The translations under genes were made by a program, and so were the position numbers. Shown in pieces: positions 1 through 9,546 of a stretch of DNA of 64,000 nt (within the stretch, counting starts at the first letter, position 1; each line of letters begins with the position of its first letter). The stretch covers positions 1,696,001 to 1,760,000 of the forward strand of contig OZ244744.1 in the NCBI GenBank assembly GCA_965219455.1. Reading direction: 5' to 3'. This DNA is from Candidatus Latescibacterota bacterium (GTDB taxonomy: Bacteria > Latescibacterota > UBA2968 > GCA-2709665). Below the pieces are notes generated by a model that made no database searches, was not told the DNA's origin, and was given only the letters and a program-made list of their open reading frames with translations.

Positions 1-848
1 CCGTGACCGACCAGAAGCGGAAGCGCAATCAGCCCCACGAGAAACAGCGCATCGTCCACAAGCGGGCCTACGCCAACCTGGTGCTGAACCACGAACACGT
101 GGCCGAGTTCAACTACCAACCCACGCGCTGTAAACGTGGGTATCGCGTCGTGGTCCTGCGCAAGAACATCAGCAAAATGAAGGGCGACCTTGTCCTGTTC
201 GACGAATGCCGTTATTTCTTCTATATCACGACACGCACGGACGTGACCCCCCAAGAGATCGTCGCCTGCGCCAACCAACGCTGCGATCAGGAGAACGTCA
301 TCGAGCAACTCAAAAACGGCGTCAACGCCTTGCGCGTGCCCCTGTATGACCTGGTCAGCAACTGGGCCTATATGGTCATCGCCGCCCTGGCCTGGAACCT
401 CAAATCCTGGTTTGCCATGATGATGCACAGACACCGTGATCGACAGCAGTACGTCTGCATGGAATTCCGGCGCTTCATCCACAGCATTATCTTGATTCCC
501 TGCCACGTCATCCAACGCGCGCGCACCACCACGTTACGGCTCATCGGCTATCAACCCACCCTCGATCGCCTCTTCAGCACCTGGCGTATCATTGAACGCA
601 CCGGATTTGGATAACACCAATGCAGCACCACCGATGACACACAAACGCGGCGCCATCCCCACACCCCTCAACGGACCGGTGTGTCCACCACGCGTCTCAA
701 CGCCACTTCGGATACTCAATTTACCATAGCGACCACGACAAACACGGCCCTAAAAACCATCCAAAACGCCAATTCCATATAAATCGACACCAACGCCTCA
801 ACACAAACACAAATCACTGTGGCGCACACGATACTCGCTTATTTTAGG
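1..848 (+). mobile_element. IS1380-family insertion sequence, copy 1 (left part outside window)
   Basis: 1-848 is the reverse complement of 25097-25944; ends in right IR CGCTTATTTTAGG followed by ACTAGT (849-854). Confidence 0.92.
3..614 (+). CDS. IS1380-family DDE transposase, C-terminal part (partial at window edge)
   Basis: Same sequence as C-terminus of the transposase at 25331-26860; motif RCDQENVIEQLKNG (R-x3-E-N-x-I-x2-L-K). Confidence 0.92.
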   Translation: MTDQKRKRNQPHEKQRIVHKRAYANLVLNHEHVAEFNYQPTRCKRGYRVVVLRKNISKMKGDLVLFDECRYFFYITTRTDVTPQEIVACANQRCDQENVIEQLKNGVNALRVPLYDLVSNWAYMVIAALAWNLKSWFAMMMHRHRDRQQYVCMEFRRFIHSIILIPCHVIQRARTTTLRLIGYQPTLDRLFSTWRIIERTGFG

Positions 849-1229
849 ACTAGTCTTATCCGAAAAGTAATCCTTGATGCGTTCCAAATGCTTTGGAAGC
901 GTGTTGTTCGGTATACGATCCAATGGAAAGTATTCGATCCGGTCCGCCTCGTCGGTGAGCCGGACCGCGCCTCCCGTAACCCGGCAAAAGAAGGAAAATA
1001 CAACCTCGTTTTTATCCGGTTTGCTGTAGATGCCGCTGAGATGGATTGGCACCGCTTTCAAACCCGTTTCTTCTTCAATTTCCCGCACGAGCGCATCCCA
1101 TGGACTCTCGCCCGCCTCAACGCCGCCGCCAGGCAGATTCCACAGATCGAAATCGCGTCGGTGACACAGCAGGACGCGGTCCTCGTCATCGGTGATGATG
1201 CCAAAAACACCGATCGTAAACACGATCAC
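798..1229 (-). CDS. NUDIX hydrolase; last 16 codons and stop supplied by the IS1380 end
   Basis: Nudix box GGGVEAGESPWDALVREIEEETG; GTG at 1229 after AAGGAAGGAA; tail PKISEYRVRHSDLCLC reads into IS DNA (798-848). Confidence 0.85.
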   Translation of the reverse strand: MIVFTIGVFGIITDDEDRVLLCHRRDFDLWNLPGGGVEAGESPWDALVREIEEETGLKAVPIHLSGIYSKPDKNEVVFSFFCRVTGGAVRLTDEADRIEYFPLDRIPNNTLPKHLERIKDYFSDKTSPKISEYRVRHSDLCLC

Positions 1230-1314
1230 GTTCCTTCCTTCGAATATCTTACAAACCCCATCTATTCGGCCGTCCCGGTTACGCACATCCCGTCGCCTCA
1301 GCCTGGAAAATACA

Positions 1315-1833
1315 TCAGATGAAGTCCAGATACATGCGACTGGGTTGAATGCCCTTGTTGTTCTGGTATTTTGCACTCTTATAGGTCTCGAAGTCCCCTT
1401 CCAGAGTATGGTAGTAAATCTGGCAGATTTCCACGTTCGGATAGATCCGGACCGGCTGAGTGCAGAACATCTCCAGCGTCCAGTAGCCGGCGAACCCCAC
1501 GTCGCCGAAACCCGCGGTAACGTGTACGAACAACCCCAGCCTGCCCACCGACGACCGCCCTTCGAGCATAGGGACATAGTTGTCCGTTCTGGTAAATTCC
1601 GCAGTTCTTCCGAGATAGAGCGTTTGGGGTTGCATCTCGAATCCGGCTTCCGGTATCCGAATGGACCGCGTACGATTCTTCTTTTTCATATCCAGAACGC
1701 CATCCTCGTACACGACGAGTTCATCGGCCAGTGAAAGATTGTAGCTGTTTGGATTGAGCCTGGCCCGATCGAATGGCTCGATAACGATGTCCTTTCCCAT
1801 TCGTGCTTGAATCATCTTTCCCGATAAGATCAT
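1315..1833 (-). CDS. dcd: dCTP deaminase
   Basis: MILSGKMI...LNPNSYNLSL, EGRSSVGRLGLFVHVTAGFGDVGFAGYWTLE, KYQNN motifs; ATG at 1833. Confidence 0.92.
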   Translation of the reverse strand: MILSGKMIQARMGKDIVIEPFDRARLNPNSYNLSLADELVVYEDGVLDMKKKNRTRSIRIPEAGFEMQPQTLYLGRTAEFTRTDNYVPMLEGRSSVGRLGLFVHVTAGFGDVGFAGYWTLEMFCTQPVRIYPNVEICQIYYHTLEGDFETYKSAKYQNNKGIQPSRMYLDFI

Positions 1834-2137
1834 TATGTCGGTCCTTATATAATAAAAATAACAATATGCGCTAACGTTACGGGCAATCAAAATGGGACAT
1901 CTCTCGTTGGAATTTACCAACGCATGCGTCGATGTCCAATGGTGTTGTTAGATTTTCCGATCGGCCCTCGTGCGGAATGCGTCCTGGTCGTCGGTTGGGG
2001 CCGATGCTCGCGCCCAACCGTGGATTCAGCCGAGCGATCTACATCTCATCTCTTCCTATCGCCATCAATCCCTCCAGGGGGGAGTGATAAACCGTCGAAC
2101 CAGCTGGCGTTGATACGGCGAACAAGAGCTTGACAGG

Positions 2138-2162
2138 GTGGAGCAGACATTCCTGTCTGCTC
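2138..2162 (+). repeat. REP-like palindrome family A, copy 1 (GTGG foot)
   Basis: GTG-GAGCAGACA-TTCC-TGTCTGCTC hairpin; related copies at 2411-2436 (inverted) and 4208-4231. Confidence 0.75.
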
Positions 2163-2407
2163 ACATACAACAATCCGAAACTTCTGAATCCCGTGTCTGG
2201 GCACGCAAGACGCGCCGCCGCCGCTGGAAAAAGGACGGCGCTATCTATTGGATCACCTTTAGCCTCGCTGACGCGATCCCCCGGGACAAACGCCGCGCCT
2301 TCCAGGAAGCGCGTAAGCTGTGGCTCAAGCGACACAACGAGTATTGGCACTATAAAAAAGGCTACGCGAACTTTTCTTCTGCCTGCGTTGCGGCAGATGG
2401 ACAATGA
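2138..2407 (+). pseudogene. N-terminal remnant of REP-associated tyrosine transposase (RAYT)-like gene
   Basis: WKKDGAIYWITFSLADAIP resembles the LPHW..GA.YFITFRLADSLP start of a RAYT subgroup; no HUH or catalytic Tyr remains; bracketed by inverted REPs. Confidence 0.6.
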
Positions 2408-2410
2408 GAA

Positions 2411-2436
2411 GGGCAGACAGGAATGTCTGCCCCACC
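2411..2436 (-). repeat. REP-like palindrome family A, copy 2 (inverted)
   Basis: GGGCAGACAGGAATGTCTGCCCCACC; flank TTCACAC also shared with copy 3. Confidence 0.75.
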
Positions 2437-2959
2437 TTCACACCCACTTCCTCAGCGGCCCGGCCAGCCATTATGCGGCGGTGGAGTTGATTGATTCGCG
2501 AATAAAGCAGCTAACCGTGACAATTCATGAGTTAATCAGGCTAAGTCACACCGGCAGCTTCCACCGCATTACAGTCCGGGCCGACGAGTGACTGACGCAT
2601 TTTGCGGATAATTCGCCGGCGCATTATAGAGACTTGCAGTTTCGGTTGCGCCTGCCTGCCGTGCCGGCCACGGCGCAGGCAGGCCTGAGCATACCGAGGC
2701 CGTGCTGGTGGTGATCGAATGACGCCTTCCTTCTCTTAGACCCGCCGCACCGGCCAGTTCCCGCTTAACCAATAATCCATCCATCGATACGCCAAATACA
2801 CCCGGGCAACCCTCAGCGCATCACCATGCGGGGGTTGCCCGGATACGTATGGAGCGTGCAGCGGCAATCGCTTTCCCTTTATGGACTCAAGCGCGTCTCT
2901 CCGCGCCGCGAAGTTCGCGATGCGACCCATCCGGGCGTCCTCTTCGAGGCCACGTCTCC

Positions 2960-3232
2960 TCAAGCCACGTCCAATACCGCCTGTGGGTTCCTGGCCGCGA
3001 TCATCAGCAGTGTACAGGCGGCGCCGGATGGACGACGACGCGCCTGTTCCCAATCCTGCAGTGTTCGAACCGATACGCCCAGCAATTCGGCGAACTGAAC
3101 CTGGGACAGACCGGCTTTCTTTCGAATTTATATGATATTCGGCACGTTGATCACCCTACCGTGCTCGCTTCGCTTGAGTTCTCGAAGCCCATCGAGAATC
3201 TCTCGGCCCACGTCTCGTTTAACCTCGTTCAT
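2960..3232 (-). pseudogene. HigA/YiaG-like Xre HTH antitoxin with internal nonsense codon
   Basis: Manual translation MNEVKRDVGREILDGLRELKRSEHGRVINVPNII*IRKKAGLSQVQFAELLGVSVRTLQDWEQARRRPSGAACTLLMIAARNPQAVLDVA; TAA at 3128-3130; not in ORF track. Confidence 0.85.
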
Positions 3233-4053
3233 TTCTGTCTATTCTCCTCCAGCCAGCCGACTGCGAAATCCACAACATCGCGCTGCGGCATGAGTTGGCA
3301 ACTCGCAAGACCGACCCTGCCCCGACGCACCATTTTCCCCTTGTCCGACCGCAGAAAATCCTCACCTATGCGATCGAAATCCGAACTATCCGGTTCGACT
3401 TCCTCAAAGGTAGTCCATTTCCTTAAACCTGACGCAGAGATCGGAGCACCCTCCTGCACAATGCGCCTGGATGGAAAATTCGCCCGGTATTCCGCAAGGT
3501 GCATGGAGGTATTCACACCATGACTCACACCGAGAAGAAGGACAAGACCGTGCAAATCGTAGATTCTCGCAAGCGGCGAATGCTCGCCCATGCCGAAAGC
3601 CAGTGAATGATCGTCCACGATTTGCAATGCTTGAGGGCCGTATGCACAAAACGAGGCCTGCGGGTGCGAACTACGGAGAACCCCTCTCTGCTTGCGGAAG
3701 GTCTCCGCGATAATGCCCATACAGTGAGTTGGCGTGGACGCGTGATCAAAAGCCGGCATGTTCTCGCGTATAACCGGCCACCACGACTCGGGCACAGGAG
3801 GATTTTCCCACTTGCCCGGCTCACTTAATCCGGATGAGTGCGCAGGCATCACGAGCGTTCCGGTGGATCCCAGGACTCTCTGAAGAGCAGCGACGACCGC
3901 CACGGCTCCTCCGCACACCCATCCCATTGCGCTCAAGGATGAATGCGCCAATACGACCATCCCCGGTCTGACGCCAAGCGCGCGAAGGTCCGCCTGCAAC
4001 GATTCAATCGTCGCAGGCGTTTCGGTCCTTTCAACGACCTTGCTTTCACTCAT
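3229..4053 (-). CDS. Aminoglycoside 3-N-acetyltransferase family (AAC(3)/YokD-like, Antibiotic_NAT)
   Basis: LAHSSLSAMGWVCGG, GTLVMP, MGIIAETFR, RSSHPQASF, NTSMHLAE motifs; ATG at 4053. Confidence 0.9.
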   Translation of the reverse strand: MSESKVVERTETPATIESLQADLRALGVRPGMVVLAHSSLSAMGWVCGGAVAVVAALQRVLGSTGTLVMPAHSSGLSEPGKWENPPVPESWWPVIRENMPAFDHASTPTHCMGIIAETFRKQRGVLRSSHPQASFCAYGPQALQIVDDHSLAFGMGEHSPLARIYDLHGLVLLLGVSHGVNTSMHLAEYRANFPSRRIVQEGAPISASGLRKWTTFEEVEPDSSDFDRIGEDFLRSDKGKMVRRGRVGLASCQLMPQRDVVDFAVGWLEENRQK

Positions 4054-4076
4054 TTTTCGTATTCCATATATGCCAC

Positions 4077-4200
4077 CTATTTCGCGGCGATCGCGACGAT
4101 CTCTACGAGCGTGGCACCCTCCAGTTTGACCTCCACACAGGCGCGCTGGGGCCATTGATCCGGCCCGATCCAGGCGTCCCAGACCTCGTTGAGGATGGGT
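4077..4200 (-). pseudogene. C-terminal remnant of RidA/YoaB-family protein
   Basis: LNEVWDAWIGPDQWPQRACVEVKLEGATLVEIVAIAAK matches Rid-family C-terminus; N-terminal part missing, replaced by REP at 4208. Confidence 0.75.
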
Positions 4201-4207
4201 GTGTGAA

Positions 4208-4231
4208 GGTGGGGCAGACATTCCTGTCTGG
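4208..4231 (+). repeat. REP-like palindrome family A, copy 3
   Basis: GGTGGGGCAGACATTCCTGTCTGG. Confidence 0.7.
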
Positions 4232-4536
4232 GTGCGGTGACCTGCCCGCGCCGCGTTGGGCGCGGCAGGCAAGCACACACGCAGGCTGGTCAGGACGCGC
4301 CCGTCGAAGGCGCCTTCCATCTTCTCGCCACGCAACAAAAATCCTATATTGGGGCAGTCGAAACTGCTTCATTTGTGAGTTGCACGTTCCAGGGCGGTGT
4401 CTGTCCAGGCAACTCAAGGTCGTTCACGCTTTTTTCTCTACTTCGGATTTTAAACCTATGTCGCTGTTGACGTTCAAATTGCTTGCCGCCGTCATCCCCC
4501 TCCCGAAATTGGACGCGCGACCGGTTTCCCATTCGG

Positions 4537-6471
4537 CTACACGTAATTCTCCAACCACGACAACATCCTGTCGAGATATTCCACGTGCAGCGCCGGGTGT
4601 CCGTTCCTCCTGAACCCGTGAGACGACTTCGGAAAGCGCACCAACTCCACGGTCTTACCCTGTCGCTTCAGCGCGACGAAAAACTGCTCGGCCTGCTCGA
4701 TCGGACAGCGGTAGTCCTCCTCGCCGTGCATCAGCAACACCGGCGTACGCACCTCCGATGCGTACGTCAGCGGCGACCGATTCACAAGCGCTTCCACGTT
4801 CTCCAGGACCGAACCTCCCCACTGATTCTCTCCGAACGACACCCCGATATCCGACGTCCCGTACATACTGTGCAAATTGATGCACGGAGCACCGATCACG
4901 GCCGCCTTGAACCGATGGTCGTGACCGACGATCCAACTGCTCATAAAACCGCCGTAACTGTATCCGTGAACCCCCAACCGGTCCGAATCCACGTAGGGCC
5001 GCTCGCACAGCAGGTCAACACCAGCCATCAGATCCAGGAAATCTTCTCCGCCCCAGTCCCCCAGCACCGCCTTCAGAAAATCCGGCCCGTATGACGACGA
5101 CCCCCTTGGATTCACAGCCAGCACGATATACCCCGCGCCCGCCAGCATCTGATGCGTAACGTCGTACGAATCCGAAAAACGCCCGTTCGGGCCCCCGTGA
5201 ATATCCAGCACCAACGGATATGACCTCGCATCATCGAAATCCCGGGGAAACATCACGCGCGCCTGAATCTTCTCGCCGCCCCGCTCGAACATCAGCTTCT
5301 CCACGCGCGCACCGGGGTAAGCCTCCAATAACCCCGCGTTCACGGCCGTCACGACGCGCTGACGCTTCGCGCCCACCTCCAGCATCGCCACGTCGCACGG
5401 ACAGGCTGGGGAGGACATCAACATGGCGACGCACGCGCCGGCGTGATCAACCGACAGACCCGTAAGTTCCTGACCGCCTCCGTCCACAACTTCGATCCGT
5501 GGCGCAGACCCATCGAGATTCACCCGGCACAAGAACGATTCGCCTGCTCTATCACCGATGAAAAATATCCCACCCTTCGGCGTCCAGCACCGCGGCGCAA
5601 GAGGCTGCGCAACCGTATACACGTCACCCGCCACGCACGCCGGCTTCCCGGCTTCCTCGAGCACAAACAGCCACGATTGCCTTGAATCCCACACGTCCGC
5701 GTGGTGAGAACCCGCGGCCGCCAGCCGCTTTCCATCCGGCGACCACGCCACGGACTCCGCACGGCTCAGTCCCCGCGACCAGCAACGCGACGTCCCACCG
5801 GCCTTTTCCATCACATGGACCTCTGAACCCCGCACGAAATCGCGCCCCGGAACGCTGTCGGTCACAAATGCAATTCGGCTTCCGTCCGGAGACCACGCCG
5901 GCGCCTCGTGATTGCCCTCCCCATCCGTAATCCGTTCCGCCTCGCCGGTTACGGCATCCACCAGAAACAACTGCGAAAACGCGTCACCCCGCCAGCCGTC
6001 TCCATCATCGCGGTATCGCACGCGGCGGGCGACGCGGGTCCTCGGCATCGTCTCCTCATCGTGGTCTTCCGGCGCGCGGTCCGGATCCACTCGCGACACA
6101 ACGACAAATTCCGAACCATCGGGCGACCACGCCATATCCTTCACCCCATCGGGAAGCGTCGTCACCTGTCTCGCGTCCCCTCCATCAACCTGCATCACCC
6201 AGACCTGCCTTTTATCATCCTCTCCCGAACGCAAAAAAGCCAGTGTCTTCCCGTCTGACGAGAGTCCGGGCGCCCCATCCCCCGGCCCTTCGGTCACATC
6301 GAATGGCGTACCGCCCTCAAGCGACTGCATGACGATCCTCGACTCCCGCTTCATCGTCTCTCTACTGATCTCCTGCCGCACAAAGACCAGGGCCGAACCG
6401 TCCGCCGCGATATGCACATCCGATACGCCGATCAGATCGTACGTTTGTCCCGGTTTAATTGACGACGACAT
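4537..6471 (-). CDS. S9 family peptidase (acylaminoacyl/dipeptidyl aminopeptidase-like)
   Basis: WD40-like WSPDG propeller repeats; HGGP, GYSYGG nucleophile, HGEEDYRC Asp, SSHG His. Confidence 0.92.
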   Translation of the reverse strand: MSSSIKPGQTYDLIGVSDVHIAADGSALVFVRQEISRETMKRESRIVMQSLEGGTPFDVTEGPGDGAPGLSSDGKTLAFLRSGEDDKRQVWVMQVDGGDARQVTTLPDGVKDMAWSPDGSEFVVVSRVDPDRAPEDHDEETMPRTRVARRVRYRDDGDGWRGDAFSQLFLVDAVTGEAERITDGEGNHEAPAWSPDGSRIAFVTDSVPGRDFVRGSEVHVMEKAGGTSRCWSRGLSRAESVAWSPDGKRLAAAGSHHADVWDSRQSWLFVLEEAGKPACVAGDVYTVAQPLAPRCWTPKGGIFFIGDRAGESFLCRVNLDGSAPRIEVVDGGGQELTGLSVDHAGACVAMLMSSPACPCDVAMLEVGAKRQRVVTAVNAGLLEAYPGARVEKLMFERGGEKIQARVMFPRDFDDARSYPLVLDIHGGPNGRFSDSYDVTHQMLAGAGYIVLAVNPRGSSSYGPDFLKAVLGDWGGEDFLDLMAGVDLLCERPYVDSDRLGVHGYSYGGFMSSWIVGHDHRFKAAVIGAPCINLHSMYGTSDIGVSFGENQWGGSVLENVEALVNRSPLTYASEVRTPVLLMHGEEDYRCPIEQAEQFFVALKRQGKTVELVRFPKSSHGFRRNGHPALHVEYLDRMLSWLENYV

Positions 6472-6491
6472 ATCCGTCTCCCAATATCATA

Positions 6492-7646
6492 TCACTCTCC
6501 ACCTGTGCGTCGGGACGTGTAGACCCGGCCGCCCTTGACGACCGCCACCGGTACCAGACTCCGCACGCCTGTCCGAACTTCCCCTCTCGAGTCCTCGAGG
6601 CGAAAGCCTCCTTCACGCAACTCAAGCACGACGGCATCACCGAACGCACCCTTCGCCAGCGTACCCACCTCACCCTTCATTCCGATGACCTCGGCAGGCA
6701 CAGACGTCACACGCGAAATCGCCTCCTCCAACGACAGACCCAGGTGCAGAAATTTCGTCACCACGGACGCGAGATCGTAAACGGGCCCGTTTACATTGTA
6801 AATGTGCAGATCCGATGAAATCGTGGTTGGCAGGACATCCTGTGACTGCGCCGCCTCAACGACTTCCCACGAAAAAGACCCCGCGCCGTGTCCCACGTCG
6901 AACACAACACCCCGCTCAATCGCTTCCAGGACCGAATCGCGAACCCGACCCTCACCATTGAGAATCCCGCACGGAAAGTCGTGAAAGCAATGCGTTAGAA
7001 TATCTCCGCCTTTCATCACCTTCAAGATATCGTCAATCGAATCGCACCACGCATCCTGCGGATGCACCATAATGGGCAATCCGACCGCATCTGCCGCTTC
7101 CCGTGCCCTGTGGAGAGGGAGCATTCCGGACCGCTCGCTGACAATTGTATGCCTCGTAAGCCGAACCTTCACACCCAGAACGACGTCGCGATGCCGCTCG
7201 ATCATGCGGCATGCCTTATCCACATCCGCGTATTCGGGAATCTCAAACTCGCCGATCTCAGCTGTGAGCATACCCTGCGACGAGATATTCATCTGCGCCA
7301 GAATCCGCGTCTCACTCACATCGATCACGTATTTCCGGAAACCCGGAAAAATATCTGCGCCCGCGGATCCCGCGTCGACCACGGTCGTCGCCCCTCGAGC
7401 GAGACACGTGGGATCGGGTTCAATGCCGAAATGACTGACGCCGGCAAACACATGGACGTGAAGATCGATCAGGCCAGGCGTCACCACGCAACCCGTCGCG
7501 TCGATCACCTCGCGGGCGTCTCCACTTTCGAGACACTCGCCGACCGCGACAACCCTCCCTGCCGCGAACCCCACGTCCCGCGCGCCACTCAGGTTCTCCG
7601 CCGGATCGACCAGCGTCCCTCCCTTTATGAGCAGATCGTACTTCAT
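6492..7646 (-). CDS. Amidohydrolase/deacetylase, dihydroorotase-like family
   Basis: TPGLIDLHVH, DAGSAG, GVKVR, THCFH, FDVGHGAGSF, ISSDLH. Confidence 0.88.
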   Translation of the reverse strand: MKYDLLIKGGTLVDPAENLSGARDVGFAAGRVVAVGECLESGDAREVIDATGCVVTPGLIDLHVHVFAGVSHFGIEPDPTCLARGATTVVDAGSAGADIFPGFRKYVIDVSETRILAQMNISSQGMLTAEIGEFEIPEYADVDKACRMIERHRDVVLGVKVRLTRHTIVSERSGMLPLHRAREAADAVGLPIMVHPQDAWCDSIDDILKVMKGGDILTHCFHDFPCGILNGEGRVRDSVLEAIERGVVFDVGHGAGSFSWEVVEAAQSQDVLPTTISSDLHIYNVNGPVYDLASVVTKFLHLGLSLEEAISRVTSVPAEVIGMKGEVGTLAKGAFGDAVVLELREGGFRLEDSRGEVRTGVRSLVPVAVVKGGRVYTSRRTGGE

Positions 7647-7718
7647 ACCAGACTCCATTCCCTTGAGAAACATCCGTACTCCGTCAGTCACCGGGCGTGT
7701 CCGAGCGACATCGACCCC

Positions 7719-8600
7719 TCAAGTCAAAACGTCCGGGACCCCGGAGTACGTGAATTCAAATGCCAACGCATCCCCCACAGGCGAATAACCTACTTTGGAA
7801 TAGATGCTATTCGATGTCGGATTCGATAGGTCAGTATATAGGCTGCAGAACGAATAGCGATCCGAGAGCAGCTTCTTCGTCAGCGACCAGACGCACGAAG
7901 TCGCGTAGCCCCTGTTGCGATGCTCCGAAGGCGTGTACACCCCATTGATGTTGATCCCATTTCTGGTCGCATGGGACGTCTTCGCGATGGAAACCGGCCC
8001 ACCGCAATCCCAGATGTACAGCTGTTCAGCCTGAATAAACCGCTCGGCGCCGCGAACGGCCGCTTCCAAATCTGCCGGTTCGCCGATCGCCTCCGAAAAC
8101 TCGGCAATCCATTTCGCCATCAGAGGTTGATCGTCCATACCAGCCGGGCGCAAGAATCCATCGGAAAGAGGCACGTCGGCGACCTCTCTGATCTCAAATA
8201 CACGCATGCTCATGGCCAGACTGGAAGATACGCCGCGTGCGTTTCCGGTCCGGAAGTCGGAAAATGCGCGAGCTTCCTCCGCCGGCCCGACCACACCAGG
8301 TATTGAGACCTCGTTTTCCCGCAAATGACGAATCAGGGGAACCACCGAACCCTCAATATTCGCATCGATTCTGCTCAGGATGAGTTTTCTTCCCTGCGTC
8401 CCGATAGCTACGCCAACTGCTCGACCGTGATCCAGGATACTCAATAGTAGTGGTGGTTCATTGCCGTAGCGTTGCGGATTCATGGCAAGCCCGTACATCA
8501 GGCCGAGCGGCAGATTATGCTCACTCTCTCGCGTTTCCAGGTACGCGGCAGAACGGGAAATAAAATCATCGGCGCAGTCGTGAGATAATATCTCAATCAC
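7719..8600 (-). CDS. GNAT family N-acetyltransferase
   Basis: VYTPSEHRNRGYA acetyl-CoA motif; LYTDLSNPTSNSIYSKVGY. Confidence 0.88.
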   Translation of the reverse strand: MIEILSHDCADDFISRSAAYLETRESEHNLPLGLMYGLAMNPQRYGNEPPLLLSILDHGRAVGVAIGTQGRKLILSRIDANIEGSVVPLIRHLRENEVSIPGVVGPAEEARAFSDFRTGNARGVSSSLAMSMRVFEIREVADVPLSDGFLRPAGMDDQPLMAKWIAEFSEAIGEPADLEAAVRGAERFIQAEQLYIWDCGGPVSIAKTSHATRNGININGVYTPSEHRNRGYATSCVWSLTKKLLSDRYSFCSLYTDLSNPTSNSIYSKVGYSPVGDALAFEFTYSGVPDVLT

Positions 8601-8724
8601 CGTATTTCCCTTGTGCTCCGGAGGCGAACGTATGCTGGTTTGCGGACAACCTGGGAGGCGCCCCGTAAAGCCGAACTGCGTCGTGCCCGACAGAATGTGC
8701 TGGTCGTCTACGTATTTCGCGGCA

Positions 8725-9339
8725 TCAGGGCAGGATCTGTCTGCTCTCCAGATCGATCCTCAATAGACGGGCGTCACGAAAGTGGATGGACGGCAGGCCG
8801 ACCGATTCCGCGTTCCTCACGTTCTGGATTCGATCGTCGATGAACAGACACTCCCCCGGTTCGAAGCCGAGTACGTCGAGGACGTCCGGGAAGACCGTTG
8901 GATCCGATTTGGTCTTGCCCAATTCGTACGAGTAGAAACGCTCGTCGAATACGTCCAGAAACGCATGAATCGACCTGATGTAACGGACCCACTCGCGAAC
9001 GTGGTCCGATAGCATGACAACGCGATGACTCCTGGCGACCTCGCGCAGAATGTCGAGCGATCCCTCGATCCGGACGTGGAAGTTATCCCTGAGCATTCGT
9101 TTGAGCGACTCCAGGTCCAGGTTCCAACCCGTTCGTTCCAGAATCCCGCCCAGGTAGGCATCCTCGGAAATTCTTCCTTCCAGGACCTGAATCAGAGGAC
9201 CTCCCGCGAAACAATTCAATATACCGTCCACGGGTATGGATAGGCGCCGGGAAACCCGCCTTTCAATGCCGGGAAGCCCTGCGATGAAAACCTCTGATAG
9301 ATCGAAGATGATGCAGCGAGGATGGCTCTGGTTTTTCAT
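8725..9339 (-). CDS. HAD family phosphatase
   Basis: IIFDLSEV motif I (second Asp absent), LSD, K.DP..F, FIDD motif IV. Confidence 0.82.
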   Translation of the reverse strand: MKNQSHPRCIIFDLSEVFIAGLPGIERRVSRRLSIPVDGILNCFAGGPLIQVLEGRISEDAYLGGILERTGWNLDLESLKRMLRDNFHVRIEGSLDILREVARSHRVVMLSDHVREWVRYIRSIHAFLDVFDERFYSYELGKTKSDPTVFPDVLDVLGFEPGECLFIDDRIQNVRNAESVGLPSIHFRDARLLRIDLESRQILP

Positions 9340-9546
9340 TCAGGAGGACTGAAAGGGTGTAGGCATTGTCTGAGGATAGGAGTCGATATTGAGAAAAATG
9401 CAGTACATTATTCCGCGGCCTTCCGCACTGGGGGGAATGGTGCGGAATTGCCATTGATGGAAGTGCCGCCGCATCAAAAATAGATCCGTCAAATCAGGAG
9501 TCTACCTCTGGATGATTTCATTTACAGGATTATGTCACCTGAGAAC

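Noticed and set aside
2736-2960. Short minus-strand ORF ending RVYLAYRWMDYWLSGNWPVRRV
   Set aside because: Looks protein-like but overlaps the antitoxin relic in another frame, and I cannot assign a family or start
3229-4053. Acquired aminoglycoside resistance gene; likewise 23205-24305 as a true beta-lactamase
   Set aside because: Both belong to broad chromosomal families with many non-resistance members; sequence alone does not support a resistance phenotype
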